Source of the DNA: Elusimicrobiota bacterium
GTDB taxonomy: Bacteria; CAYTYR01; UBA6262
DNA length: 64,000 nucleotides
NCBI GenBank assembly: GCA_003153935.1
Contig: PMCA01000017.1
Location: 72,107-136,106, forward strand
Direction: 5' to 3'
In this document: positions 1 through 8,681 of the stretch, piece by piece
How the letters are laid out: every line of letters starts with the position of its first letter
Numbering within the stretch: position 1 is the stretch's first letter
Notes under the pieces: generated by a model
Told to the model about the DNA's origin: nothing
What the model saw: the letters and a program-made list of their open reading frames with translations, nothing else
Database searches by the model: none
Position numbers and translations under genes: made by a program

Positions 1-450
1 TACAACCGCATCGGATATAATTTCCGTCTTAGCAACGTCCAGGGAGCTATGGGCGTAAGCCAGATGAAAAAATTAGACTGGATCTTAAAGCAACGGGTCC
101 GCCTGGCGGAAAGATATAACAGGGCTTTTTCCCGCAGCGTGAATATTATCGCGCCGGTACCGGCGGCCGGGGTAGAGCCGAATTACCAAACCTATATGGT
201 AAGGTTGAGCCCGGCCATCAAGATATCCAGGGAGAAAATTATTGCGCGGCTGGCCGCCGCCGGCATTGCCTCCAGGCCGGGAATAATGGCCTGTCACCTG
301 GAGCCGGTATACCGTAAGATTTATCCCAAAATAAATTTGCCGAACACGGAGAGCGCTTACCGTACCGGCCTGATATTGCCGCTGTACGCGGAGATGAAAA
401 TCACCGACCAGGATAAAGTGATCAAAACCTTACAGGATATAACCAGATGA
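1..450 (+). CDS. DegT/DnrJ/EryC1/StrS-family PLP-dependent sugar aminotransferase, C-terminal part (5' end lies outside the window)
   Basis: Frame 1 is open from nt 1 with no stop until 448-450. The translated C-terminus (YNRIGYNFRLSNVQGAMGVSQMKKLD...) matches the conserved C-terminal region of DegT/ArnB-type aminotransferases. Confidence 0.7.
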   Translation, partial: YNRIGYNFRLSNVQGAMGVSQMKKLDWILKQRVRLAERYNRAFSRSVNIIAPVPAAGVEPNYQTYMVRLSPAIKISREKIIARLAAAGIASRPGIMACHLEPVYRKIYPKINLPNTESAYRTGLILPLYAEMKITDQDKVIKTLQDITR

Positions 451-1163
451 AAAACGACGAAATTTTACAGGGCCGGAAGATAGCGGACAAAGCGGAACTG
501 GTCTGGGGCTGGGGCACGCCCTCCGGCCAAAGACGGGCCGACCGGCGCGGTAAATATTTTATCGCTATGGGCCGCATCGGCCCGGGACAGAAGGTCCTGG
601 AGATAGGCTGCGGCACCGGGGTGTTTACCGAGAAGGTAGCCGCTACCGGGGCGGAAATAACCGCCCTGGATATTTCCCCGGAGTTGTTAGACAAAGCCCG
701 GGCCAGGATAAATAGCGACCGCGTTCATTTTTGCCTTGGCAACGCTGAACAAATGGATTTTGGCGCAGAGACCTTTGATGTCGTGATCGGCAGCTCGGTC
801 CTGCATCACCTGCGCCTGCCCTTGATCCTGCCGGAATTAATGAGGGTCTTAAAAAAAGGCGGCCGGCTGGTTTTTGCCGAACCTAACATGCTTAATCCGC
901 AGATTTTCCTGGAGCGAAAAATAAAATTCATCGGCCGGCTCCTGGCCAACACTCCGGAAGAGAGCGCTTTTGTCAGGTGGTCTTTGCTACGGGATTTACG
1001 GCAACAGGGTTTCCGAAACATCTCCGTCAAGCCGTATGATTTTCTGCATCCCTGGACGCCGGCCGCGGCGATAGAGGTGGTGCTGAAATTGGGATCAATA
1101 CTGGAGAATATACCGGGGATTAGGGAAATAGCGGGGTCATTGATCATTTATGCAGAAAAATAA
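447..1163 (+). CDS. class I SAM-dependent methyltransferase
   Basis: Glycine-rich SAM-binding motif LEIGCGTGVFT and a downstream GGRLVF motif. ATGA overlap with the upstream aminotransferase gene suggests translational coupling. Confidence 0.7.
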   Translation: MKNDEILQGRKIADKAELVWGWGTPSGQRRADRRGKYFIAMGRIGPGQKVLEIGCGTGVFTEKVAATGAEITALDISPELLDKARARINSDRVHFCLGNAEQMDFGAETFDVVIGSSVLHHLRLPLILPELMRVLKKGGRLVFAEPNMLNPQIFLERKIKFIGRLLANTPEESAFVRWSLLRDLRQQGFRNISVKPYDFLHPWTPAAAIEVVLKLGSILENIPGIREIAGSLIIYAEK

Positions 1164-2547
1164 TTTCGCCGTAAAAATACTGATCGTCGGTTTGCTGGCG
1201 GTGGTTTTGCGCCTGGGTTTCGCGGTTTATCTGGGTCCGCAATGGGAACCGGACAGCTTCACTTATATGGATGTGTCCAGGGTGCTGGCCAACACCGGCC
1301 ATTTCGCCACCCAGAACCCGGTCAGTGGGCAGCTAACGCCCCAAGCCATGCGGGTACCCTTATTTCATCTGGCGGCCGCCTCCTTGATAAAAGTGTTCGG
1401 CCCCGATGCTGTCCGGCCGGTCATAGCTATGAATATCATATTATCAGTGGCAACGGTCCTGATGACTTTTTATTTATTCTCATTCTTTTTTAATATCAAT
1501 GTCGGTTTCCTGGCCGGACTGCTGATGGCCATAGACCCGAATTCCGTCTATAATAGTATCCTGCTTATGCCGGACACTCTTTTTTCATTTCTTTGCCTGG
1601 CGGCGATCGTGACGGGCGTTTTCGCACTGCGGTCCACGGATTGGAAATGGTATTTCTTCTGGGGCATGGCAATAGGGCTGGCGGCCATGGCCAAGCCGGT
1701 TTTCAAATATTTCTGGCTCGTCGCTCTGATCGTCCTGGTCCTGCAGCATAGTAACTGGAGGTCCTGGTCCCGGTACGGACTGGTTTTACTGCTGGGTTCC
1801 AGCCTGGTCATCGGGCCCTGGCTCATTCGTAACCACCGGATATTTGGTTTCTGGGGATTGGACCTGGCCACGGGCATCGGGAGTATATGGTCCACCACCG
1901 ATCTTATAAAACTTTCAACGGAACAACAACGGCAGGATGATCCTGAGCTGGCTAAGGTCCGGGACGTGGTGGTTCATTCACGGGAAGAGATACGCCAGGT
2001 TCACCCGGAAATGTTCAATGATAAAGATATTTTCGCGCAGTTCAATTACGGAGTGCAGGCCTGGCAGCAGGTCCAGTCGCAGTTGGGGCTATCCTTAGCC
2101 GAAACCGACAGAATGCTGACCAGGTTGGGATTGGAAACGGCTATCCGGAACCCCGGAATTGTCGGTAAACGATTTGCCTTGAATGTGATAAATTTTCTGA
2201 ATTCCCCGGCTTCGCTGGCTGAGCTGGTATGCCGCATTATCCCGGGCGGCAAAGTTTATCGCCAACCCCTGAGCGTGGCCTGGCAGGAGCGTAACTGGAC
2301 GGTAGTGGCGCCGACTATCCTGGTCAGGCTGCTGTACGCGGCGGTGGTTTTTCTCGCCGTCTGGGGCCTGGTTATATACTGGCGCGGGCCGGATCATTAC
2401 GCGGCCTGGCTGATAGCGCTGACCATTTTTTATTTTACTTTCTTTTCTTTTACCGCCGGTTACGACCGCTACCGGTTACCGATCGATCCTTTATTCCTGG
2501 GTCTGGCCGCTTACACCATAACGAGGAAGGTACAAAATGAAATATAA
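1150..2547 (+). CDS. GT-C fold polytopic membrane glycosyltransferase (ArnT/PMT_2-like)
   Basis: 465-aa protein with more than 10 predicted TM helices and periplasmic loops, typical of the ArnT / GT39 / GT83 family. Sits inside an aminotransferase-MTase-GT cluster. Confidence 0.5.
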   Translation: MQKNNFAVKILIVGLLAVVLRLGFAVYLGPQWEPDSFTYMDVSRVLANTGHFATQNPVSGQLTPQAMRVPLFHLAAASLIKVFGPDAVRPVIAMNIILSVATVLMTFYLFSFFFNINVGFLAGLLMAIDPNSVYNSILLMPDTLFSFLCLAAIVTGVFALRSTDWKWYFFWGMAIGLAAMAKPVFKYFWLVALIVLVLQHSNWRSWSRYGLVLLLGSSLVIGPWLIRNHRIFGFWGLDLATGIGSIWSTTDLIKLSTEQQRQDDPELAKVRDVVVHSREEIRQVHPEMFNDKDIFAQFNYGVQAWQQVQSQLGLSLAETDRMLTRLGLETAIRNPGIVGKRFALNVINFLNSPASLAELVCRIIPGGKVYRQPLSVAWQERNWTVVAPTILVRLLYAAVVFLAVWGLVIYWRGPDHYAAWLIALTIFYFTFFSFTAGYDRYRLPIDPLFLGLAAYTITRKVQNEI

Positions 2548-3607
2548 GAACTGTTTACAAGTCGTTACCAGCCTGAATTTCGGCGGCACGGAGCATTTTC
2601 TCTTAAAACTGCTCCGCGGCTTGAAGGACGACTATAATTTTTATGTGGCCTACCTGAAAGAAAGAGGTCCAGTGGCCGACGAGATTGAAAAACTATCCAT
2701 ACCCGTTTTCCAGGTGCACGGCGTGCGGGACCTGACGCATTTCCTGCGGGAACACCCGGTGGATATTGTCCACACCCATTTATACCGCGCCAACATCATC
2801 GGCCGACTGGCAGCCAAGAGGGCGGGGGTGCGTAAAATCATTTCCAGCCAGCGTTCCCTGGACGGCTGGAAGAGTTTTTACCATGTCTGGCTGGACCGCT
2901 GGACGGCGCGTTATGCTAATGTTATCATCGCCAATTCCCAAGCCGCGCGCGATATCCTGGTCTTGCGGGAAAAAATACCGGCGGCCAAGATCAAAGTCGT
3001 CTATAACGGTTTAGACGAGATGCCGGACCTGTCGCGGCCGGAGCTGGTTAGGGTCCTGGGGACTTTACAACTGGATGGTGAATTACCTTTGGTGGGGTGC
3101 ATCACGCGGTTCCACCGCGAAAAAGGCAGCCACTACTTGCCGGAGATCATAAGCCGGGTGGTACGGAAAAAACCGCAGGTGAAATTTATTTTGGTGGGCG
3201 ACGGTCCGTTCCGGGCCAGCCTCGCGGCGGAGATCAAAAAGCGCCGGCTGGAGGAGGCGGTGCGGTTCACCGGTTTCCAGCATGATATCGTTAAATATAT
3301 TTCTTTGCTGGACGTATTCTTTCTGCCGTCGCAGGAAGAGAGTTTCCCGCAGGCGTTACTGGAAGCTTTGGGCGCGGGCGTGCCGTCGGTCTGCACCGAT
3401 GTGGGCGGGGTCCGGGAGATCATCACTCCCGGGGAAACTGGTTTATTGGTCAAGCCTGGTGACCCGGGGGCTATGGCAGACGGTATCCTGTGGCTTCTCG
3501 ACCATAACGAAGAGGCGCAAAAAATGAGCGAACAAGGCAAGAAAGCGGTCAAGCGCAGTTTCCGGCTGGATGATAAGATACGGCAAATAAAAGATATATA
3601 CGGGTGA
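2537..3607 (+). CDS. glycosyltransferase family 4 (GT-B fold)
   Basis: C-terminal EESFPQALLEALGAGVPSVCTDVGG is the classic GT4 E-x7-E / nucleotide-sugar binding motif. Confidence 0.75.
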   Translation: MKYKNCLQVVTSLNFGGTEHFLLKLLRGLKDDYNFYVAYLKERGPVADEIEKLSIPVFQVHGVRDLTHFLREHPVDIVHTHLYRANIIGRLAAKRAGVRKIISSQRSLDGWKSFYHVWLDRWTARYANVIIANSQAARDILVLREKIPAAKIKVVYNGLDEMPDLSRPELVRVLGTLQLDGELPLVGCITRFHREKGSHYLPEIISRVVRKKPQVKFILVGDGPFRASLAAEIKKRRLEEAVRFTGFQHDIVKYISLLDVFFLPSQEESFPQALLEALGAGVPSVCTDVGGVREIITPGETGLLVKPGDPGAMADGILWLLDHNEEAQKMSEQGKKAVKRSFRLDDKIRQIKDIYG

Positions 3608-3611
3608 TGAG

Positions 3612-4667
3612 ATGCTGTTAGCTGCTTTGTTAGTGATCGTATTGCTGGTCCTGTTCCTGCCGGTAACCTGGCCGGTAGTGGAAAAGAACCTGGAAATATT
3701 CCTGATGGTAATGGGTATAATGGCAGTATCATTATCCGATTCCCTGGGCCCGGAAAGAATGTGGACGGCGCAATTGCTGGTGGAAGCCATGAAAGAACCG
3801 GTTAAGATAACTTTGGCGGTGATCGTGGTGGGGTTGCTGGTTCATTTCTTTAACAAGCAGTTGACCCGGGCCATAGCCCGGACCGAAAAAGTGCTGGGGG
3901 AACGCTGGTTTGGCGTGGTCCTTATAATTGTCCTGGGTATTCTCTCCAGCGTCATTACAGCTATCATGGCCGCGTTGATACTGTGTGAAGTGGTCCTGGT
4001 ATTGAATTATAAAAGAAAATTTGAGATCATCCTGGTGGTGCTGGGTTGTTTTTCCATCGGGTTGGGAGCGGCTCTTACGCCCCTCGGGGAACCGCTGTCA
4101 ACGATATTTATTTCCAAGCTGAAGGGGCCTCCTTATAACGCCGGGTTCTTTTTCCTGGTACAGAATTACGGCTATTATTTGATCGGCGGGGTCTTGGCGG
4201 TGGGGTTGACCAGCCTTTTCTTCAAGCCGGAACGGTTCTCCCGCGACGGCAGCCTGGCGCCGCTCAAGGAAGAACTTAACTTGAAGCATGTTTTCCTGCG
4301 GGGCGTCAAGGTATATATCTTTATCGCCGCGCTGGTTTTCCTGGGTACCGGCATGAAACCGGTGATCGAGCAGTACGTGGTAAAACTTCCGGCCGCGGCC
4401 CTGTACTGGATCAATTCAATTTCCGCCATAGTGGACAACGCCACTTTAACTTCTGCGGAGATCGGTCCCCTCCTGAATATCCAGCAGTTGCACATGGCGC
4501 TAATGGGATTATTGATCTCCGGAGGCATGTTGATCCCTGGCAATATCCCCAATATTATTTCCGCCAGCCGTCTTAAGATCGGCAGCAAAGAATGGGCCCG
4601 CTTCGGCGTGCCTTACGGTGCCGCGCTGATGGTGATCTTCTTCCTGGTGCTCTGGCTGGCTGCCTGA
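3612..4667 (+). CDS. polytopic inner-membrane protein of unknown function (possibly DUF1646-like transporter)
   Basis: 351 aa with 8 or more hydrophobic segments and no catalytic motif recognised. Last gene of the glycan cluster. Confidence 0.4.
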   Translation: MLLAALLVIVLLVLFLPVTWPVVEKNLEIFLMVMGIMAVSLSDSLGPERMWTAQLLVEAMKEPVKITLAVIVVGLLVHFFNKQLTRAIARTEKVLGERWFGVVLIIVLGILSSVITAIMAALILCEVVLVLNYKRKFEIILVVLGCFSIGLGAALTPLGEPLSTIFISKLKGPPYNAGFFFLVQNYGYYLIGGVLAVGLTSLFFKPERFSRDGSLAPLKEELNLKHVFLRGVKVYIFIAALVFLGTGMKPVIEQYVVKLPAAALYWINSISAIVDNATLTSAEIGPLLNIQQLHMALMGLLISGGMLIPGNIPNIISASRLKIGSKEWARFGVPYGAALMVIFFLVLWLAA

Positions 4668-4681
4668 AAGAGCAAAACTTA

Positions 4682-4710
4682 TTGACAACCCGCGAAAATG
4701 GTGTTATTGT
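4682..4710 (+). promoter_or_regulatory. candidate sigma70-type promoter for the PilZ pair (TTGACA-17nt-TATTGT)
   Basis: TTGACA at 4682-4687 and TATTGT at 4705-4710 with a 17-nt spacer, about 27 nt upstream of the PilZ start. Confidence 0.4.
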
Positions 4711-4736
4711 ATTGTTGAATCCAAACAGAGGCAATT

Positions 4737-5084
4737 ATGGCCACGGTAAACTTGGACAAGAGACAATATCCACGCTTTAATACGGTTGTATCCTTACAAT
4801 ACAGCGCGTTGACTAAATATAATTATTTAACCAAGATAAAGAGATCTTTAACCCAGAATATCAGTGAAGGCGGGATTAGTTTTTCCACCGGGGATTATAT
4901 CCGGGAACTTTCCCCGCTTAATCTGCTTATATCCTTGCACGATAGCCCTTTGAAGGCCGAAGGGCAGGTTGTCTGGACCCGGAAATTAAAGAACAGAAAA
5001 ATTGAAACTTACCAGGTGGGAGTGAAATTTACTAATATAGATCCCTATAGCCGGGCCAAGATCGCCAAGCTGGAGTGGTCATGA
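4737..5084 (+). CDS. PilZ-domain protein (c-di-GMP receptor), paralog 1
   Basis: RxxxR motif (RQYPR) and N-x-S-x-G-G motif (NISEGG). Single-domain protein of about 115 aa. Confidence 0.75.
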   Translation: MATVNLDKRQYPRFNTVVSLQYSALTKYNYLTKIKRSLTQNISEGGISFSTGDYIRELSPLNLLISLHDSPLKAEGQVVWTRKLKNRKIETYQVGVKFTNIDPYSRAKIAKLEWS

Positions 5085-5425
5085 ACATCGACAAGCCGCC
5101 GGAAAAAAGAACAGGCACCCGCTTTAACGTTAGTCTGGCACTGCAATACCGGTACCTGACCAAACTGAACAACGCGCTGAGCCGGGATGTAAGCGAGGGT
5201 GGGCTTAGTTTCACTACCTCGGACTTTATTCCCCTGAATACGCAGTTGTTCGTAGCACTTTTGCCTAAAGATGAACCGCTGCGAGCTACCGGCCAGGTGG
5301 TTTGGGTGCGCAAGGTGCCGTACGGTGACCGGTATAACGTGGGGCTGAAATTCACCGATATCAGCGCCTATAATAAAGCCAGGATTTCCACCCTGGAAGA
5401 CAGGGTCTTAAGGGATAATTTTTAG
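5081..5425 (+). CDS. PilZ-domain protein (c-di-GMP receptor), paralog 2
   Basis: RxxxR (RTGTR) and DVSEGG motifs. The ATG at 5081 overlaps the upstream TGA (ATGA coupling). Clearly paralogous to the upstream PilZ (shared QVVW.RK...G.KFT.I motif). Confidence 0.75.
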   Translation: MNIDKPPEKRTGTRFNVSLALQYRYLTKLNNALSRDVSEGGLSFTTSDFIPLNTQLFVALLPKDEPLRATGQVVWVRKVPYGDRYNVGLKFTDISAYNKARISTLEDRVLRDNF

Positions 5426-5451
5426 TCAGAGAAGCGGTGATGTGATCTAAG

Positions 5452-5482
5452 TCCCGAACTGAATGTCCGGGATTATTTTTTT
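5452..5482 (+). terminator. rho-independent terminator after the PilZ pair
   Basis: GC-rich hairpin TCCCG...CGGGA followed by TTATTTTTTT. Confidence 0.6.
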
Positions 5483-5492
5483 GTGAGGTGTT

Positions 5493-6767
5493 ATGCGTAT
5501 AAGCGAATCCTTTATACCGACCATGAAAGAAATCCCCAGTGAGGCCCAGATCCCCAGCCACCAGCTGATGCTGCGGGCGGGCATGATCCGCAAGCTGGCT
5601 AGCGGTGTTTATACTTTCCTGCCCCTTGGCTACCGGGTTTTAAAGAATGTGGAACAGGTTATACGCGAAGAGATGAACGCTGCCGGGGCTCAGGAATTGC
5701 TGTTGCCGACTCTGCATCCGCGCGAGCTCTGGGAAGAAACCGGGCGCTGGGGCCTATATGGCGACGAAATGCTGAAAGTGACCGACCGCAATAAGCGGGA
5801 GTTCGGTCTGGGTCCTACCCATGAGGAAGTGATCACCGACCTGGTCAGGCGCGAAGTACGTTCTTACCGGCAGCTGCCGGTTATCCTCTACCAGTTCCAG
5901 ACCAAATTCCGGGATGAGATCCGGCCCCGGTTCGGGGTCATGCGCGGCCGCGAATTCATCATGAAAGACTGCTACAGTTTTGACCGCGATGAGAAGGGTC
6001 TGGAGATCAATTACCAGAAAATGGTGCAGGCCTATAAAAATATTTTTACCCGCTGCGGGTTCAAGTTCAAGGTGGTGCAGGCCGATTCCGGCAATATCGG
6101 CGGATCACTCTCACATGAGTTCATGGTACTGGCGGATACCGGCGAAGAAGCACTGTACTATTGCGAAGCCTGCGACCACTGCCAGAAAGCCAAAGAAGAG
6201 GACGATAATTCGCAAGCGGGGCGCGAGAAGCTCTCCTGTCCCAAGTGTAATAAGGAAATGACCTATACCCGGGTGATAGAGGTAGGGCACACTTTTAACC
6301 TTGGTACTAAATACAGCGCGGCCATGAAAGCCACTTTCCTGGATGAAAAAGGCGAAGCCCAGCCCTTTATCATGGGTTGTTACGGTATCGGCGTTTCACG
6401 TATCGTAGCGGCGAGTATCGAGCAAAGCCATGACGCCAACGGCATTATCTGGCCGTTGTCTATCGCTCCCTTTAAGGTCATGCTGCTGCCGTTGGATGTT
6501 TCCAATGAACAGGTTAAGGTAACGGCGGAGAAGCTGCATCAGGATCTGCAGGCCCAGGGTGTGACCGTGTTACTGGATGACCGAGATGAAAGAGCCGGCG
6601 TTAAGTTCAAGGACGCTGATCTGCTGGGAATACCGATCAAAGTGATAATTTCCACCAGGAACATGGCGGAAAATAAGATCGAGATCAAGCTGCGGTCAAA
6701 AAACGATGCCATTAAAGTCGATCTGCCGGAGACCTTAAGTAAGATCATGGCCATGGTTAAAGCTTAA
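5493..6767 (+). CDS. proS: prolyl-tRNA synthetase, bacterial-type but lacking the INS editing domain
   Basis: N-terminus HQLMLRAGMIRKLASGVYTFLPLGYRVLKNVEQVIREEM is the bacterial ProRS signature, with class II motifs and an anticodon-binding C-terminus. Only 424 aa, and a Cys-rich 37-aa segment sits where INS normally is. Confidence 0.85.
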   Translation: MRISESFIPTMKEIPSEAQIPSHQLMLRAGMIRKLASGVYTFLPLGYRVLKNVEQVIREEMNAAGAQELLLPTLHPRELWEETGRWGLYGDEMLKVTDRNKREFGLGPTHEEVITDLVRREVRSYRQLPVILYQFQTKFRDEIRPRFGVMRGREFIMKDCYSFDRDEKGLEINYQKMVQAYKNIFTRCGFKFKVVQADSGNIGGSLSHEFMVLADTGEEALYYCEACDHCQKAKEEDDNSQAGREKLSCPKCNKEMTYTRVIEVGHTFNLGTKYSAAMKATFLDEKGEAQPFIMGCYGIGVSRIVAASIEQSHDANGIIWPLSIAPFKVMLLPLDVSNEQVKVTAEKLHQDLQAQGVTVLLDDRDERAGVKFKDADLLGIPIKVIISTRNMAENKIEIKLRSKNDAIKVDLPETLSKIMAMVKA

Positions 6768-6816
6768 AAAAAGCTTGCATTTTATTTGCCGGTGTGATAA
6801 AAGTAGTTAACCAACT

Positions 6817-6846
6817 AAGAGTGGGGAAATCCCACTCTTTTTGTTT
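6817..6846 (+). terminator. rho-independent terminator after proS
   Basis: AAGAGTGGG-GAAAT-CCCACTCTT hairpin followed by a T-run. Confidence 0.75.
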
Positions 6847-6878
6847 ACTCCGATAAATTATCTTTTTAGGCAGGAGTT

Positions 6879-7373
6879 ATGTCCGAATTTGAAGAGCTGG
6901 AAAAAATGATATCCTCCGCGATCGGCGGACTGGGCTTGAAGCTCTACCAGTACTCTTTTACCGGTCACGTCGTTCGTGTCGTAGTCGATAATGACAACGG
7001 CAACGTCAGCGTAGAGGACTGCGCGGCAGCCAGCCGGGCTGTAGAGAAGCTGTTCGATGAGCGCAATTTCAGCGCGCATAATTACACCCTGGAAGTATCA
7101 TCGCCGGGGCTGGAACGGCCTCTGGTAACCCGGGAAGATTACGCCCGGTGCCTGGGTAAGAAAGCCAGACTCATCGTTAACGAGGACAATAAGCAGCTGG
7201 CGGTCATGGGCTGGATAAAGACGGTTACTGACGCCGGAGTGGAATTAGAATTTAAGAGCCAGGAAATTAAGTTCTATCCGTTTGACCATATTATTAGCGG
7301 AAAACTTGAAGTAGATTTTAACAGGAGGAAGAAGGATGACAAGCGAATTAATGGATACACTGGAACAAATTGA
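6879..7373 (+). CDS. rimP: ribosome maturation factor RimP
   Basis: RimP-like sequence (SSPGLERPL motif) and conserved position immediately upstream of nusA. Confidence 0.8.
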   Translation: MSEFEELEKMISSAIGGLGLKLYQYSFTGHVVRVVVDNDNGNVSVEDCAAASRAVEKLFDERNFSAHNYTLEVSSPGLERPLVTREDYARCLGKKARLIVNEDNKQLAVMGWIKTVTDAGVELEFKSQEIKFYPFDHIISGKLEVDFNRRKKDDKRINGYTGTN

Positions 7374-8646
7374 AAGAGAAAAAAATATCAAAACCGATGA
7401 ATTGATAAAAATGGTGGAAGCCGCCTTGTTGGCGGCCCTGCGCAAGCATTTGCATTCCAGCCAGAACCTGGAAGTTTCCATTAACCGGGAAACCGGCTTG
7501 ATCGAAGCCTACCAGACCAAAAAAGTGTCTGAGGAAGTGCGGCGCAGCGATATAGAGATCTCCCAGGCGGACGCCCAGAAAATAAAACCCAAGGCCAAGA
7601 TAGGCGACGACGTAAAGATCAGCCTGGAAACCAGGGATTTTGGCCGGATTGCGGCGCAGACCGCCAAGCAGGTCATTATCCAGCGGTTGTTGGAAACAGA
7701 AAGAGAGAATCTTTTCCAGGAATATAAAGCCAAGGAGATGGAGCTGGTGAATGGCACCGTCCAGCGGGTCAGCCCCAAGGGCGTGATCATCGACCTGGGC
7801 AAGATCGAAGCCCACCTGCCGCAGCGGGAACAGATCAAGGGCGAATCTTATCATGCCGGTGAAAGAATAAAAGTACTGATCCTGAAAGTCGCCAAGACGA
7901 CCAAGGGACCGCAGGTAATAGTGTCAAGGACCCATCCCAGCCTGGTCAAGCGCCTGTTCGAGCTGGAAGTCCCGGAAGTATATGAAAAAATAGTGGAGAT
8001 CAAGAATGTGGTCAGGGAACCGGGCCAGCGGGCCAAGATCGCGGTGGCCAGCAATAACGATAAAGTCGACCCGGTCGGCGCCTGCGTGGGCGTTAAAGGC
8101 TCCCGCATCCGCACCATCATAGATGAGCTCAAGGGCGAAAGGATCGACGTTATAATTTTCGATAACGACCAGGCTAACTTCATAGGCAAGGCGCTTTCAC
8201 CGGCCAAGGTGGAAAGCGTGAACCTGGATTCCACCGGTAAAAAGGCGGAAGTTATCGTTCCCGACGATCAGCTGTCTTTGGCCATCGGCAAAGCCGGCCA
8301 AAATGTAAGACTGGCCGCCAAGCTTACCGGCTGGCATATAGATATCAAGAGCCACTCCGATAAGAAAGCCCTGGCCGAGCAGAGCATCGCGCAGGCTACG
8401 GCTGACGCCGCCGCGACGGCCGCATCCGAAGCCGAGGCCGGAGAAACCGCGCCGGCAGAAGGTTCCTCCCTGACGCAATTGCCTTCAGTGGGAGAGAAAC
8501 TGCAAACCGAGCTTATAGCCAAGGGGTTCGATTCACTGGAGAAAATAGCAGCAGCCTCGGTCGAGGAACTGACGCAGGTGCCGGGCATCGGCGAGAAGAA
8601 AGCGGAAAAGATCCAGGCCGCGGCCAAAGAATTAACCGGTAAATAA
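7336..8646 (+). CDS. nusA: transcription termination/antitermination factor NusA
   Basis: N-terminal domain, S1, two KH domains and a C-terminal HhH repeat (LPSVGEKLQTELI..., VPGIGEKKAEKI). The start may be the internal ATG at 7351. Confidence 0.9.
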   Translation: MTSELMDTLEQIEREKNIKTDELIKMVEAALLAALRKHLHSSQNLEVSINRETGLIEAYQTKKVSEEVRRSDIEISQADAQKIKPKAKIGDDVKISLETRDFGRIAAQTAKQVIIQRLLETERENLFQEYKAKEMELVNGTVQRVSPKGVIIDLGKIEAHLPQREQIKGESYHAGERIKVLILKVAKTTKGPQVIVSRTHPSLVKRLFELEVPEVYEKIVEIKNVVREPGQRAKIAVASNNDKVDPVGACVGVKGSRIRTIIDELKGERIDVIIFDNDQANFIGKALSPAKVESVNLDSTGKKAEVIVPDDQLSLAIGKAGQNVRLAAKLTGWHIDIKSHSDKKALAEQSIAQATADAAATAASEAEAGETAPAEGSSLTQLPSVGEKLQTELIAKGFDSLEKIAAASVEELTQVPGIGEKKAEKIQAAAKELTGK

Positions 8647-8681
8647 ATAAAATATAGAACGTACCCATTAAGGGGGCAGTT

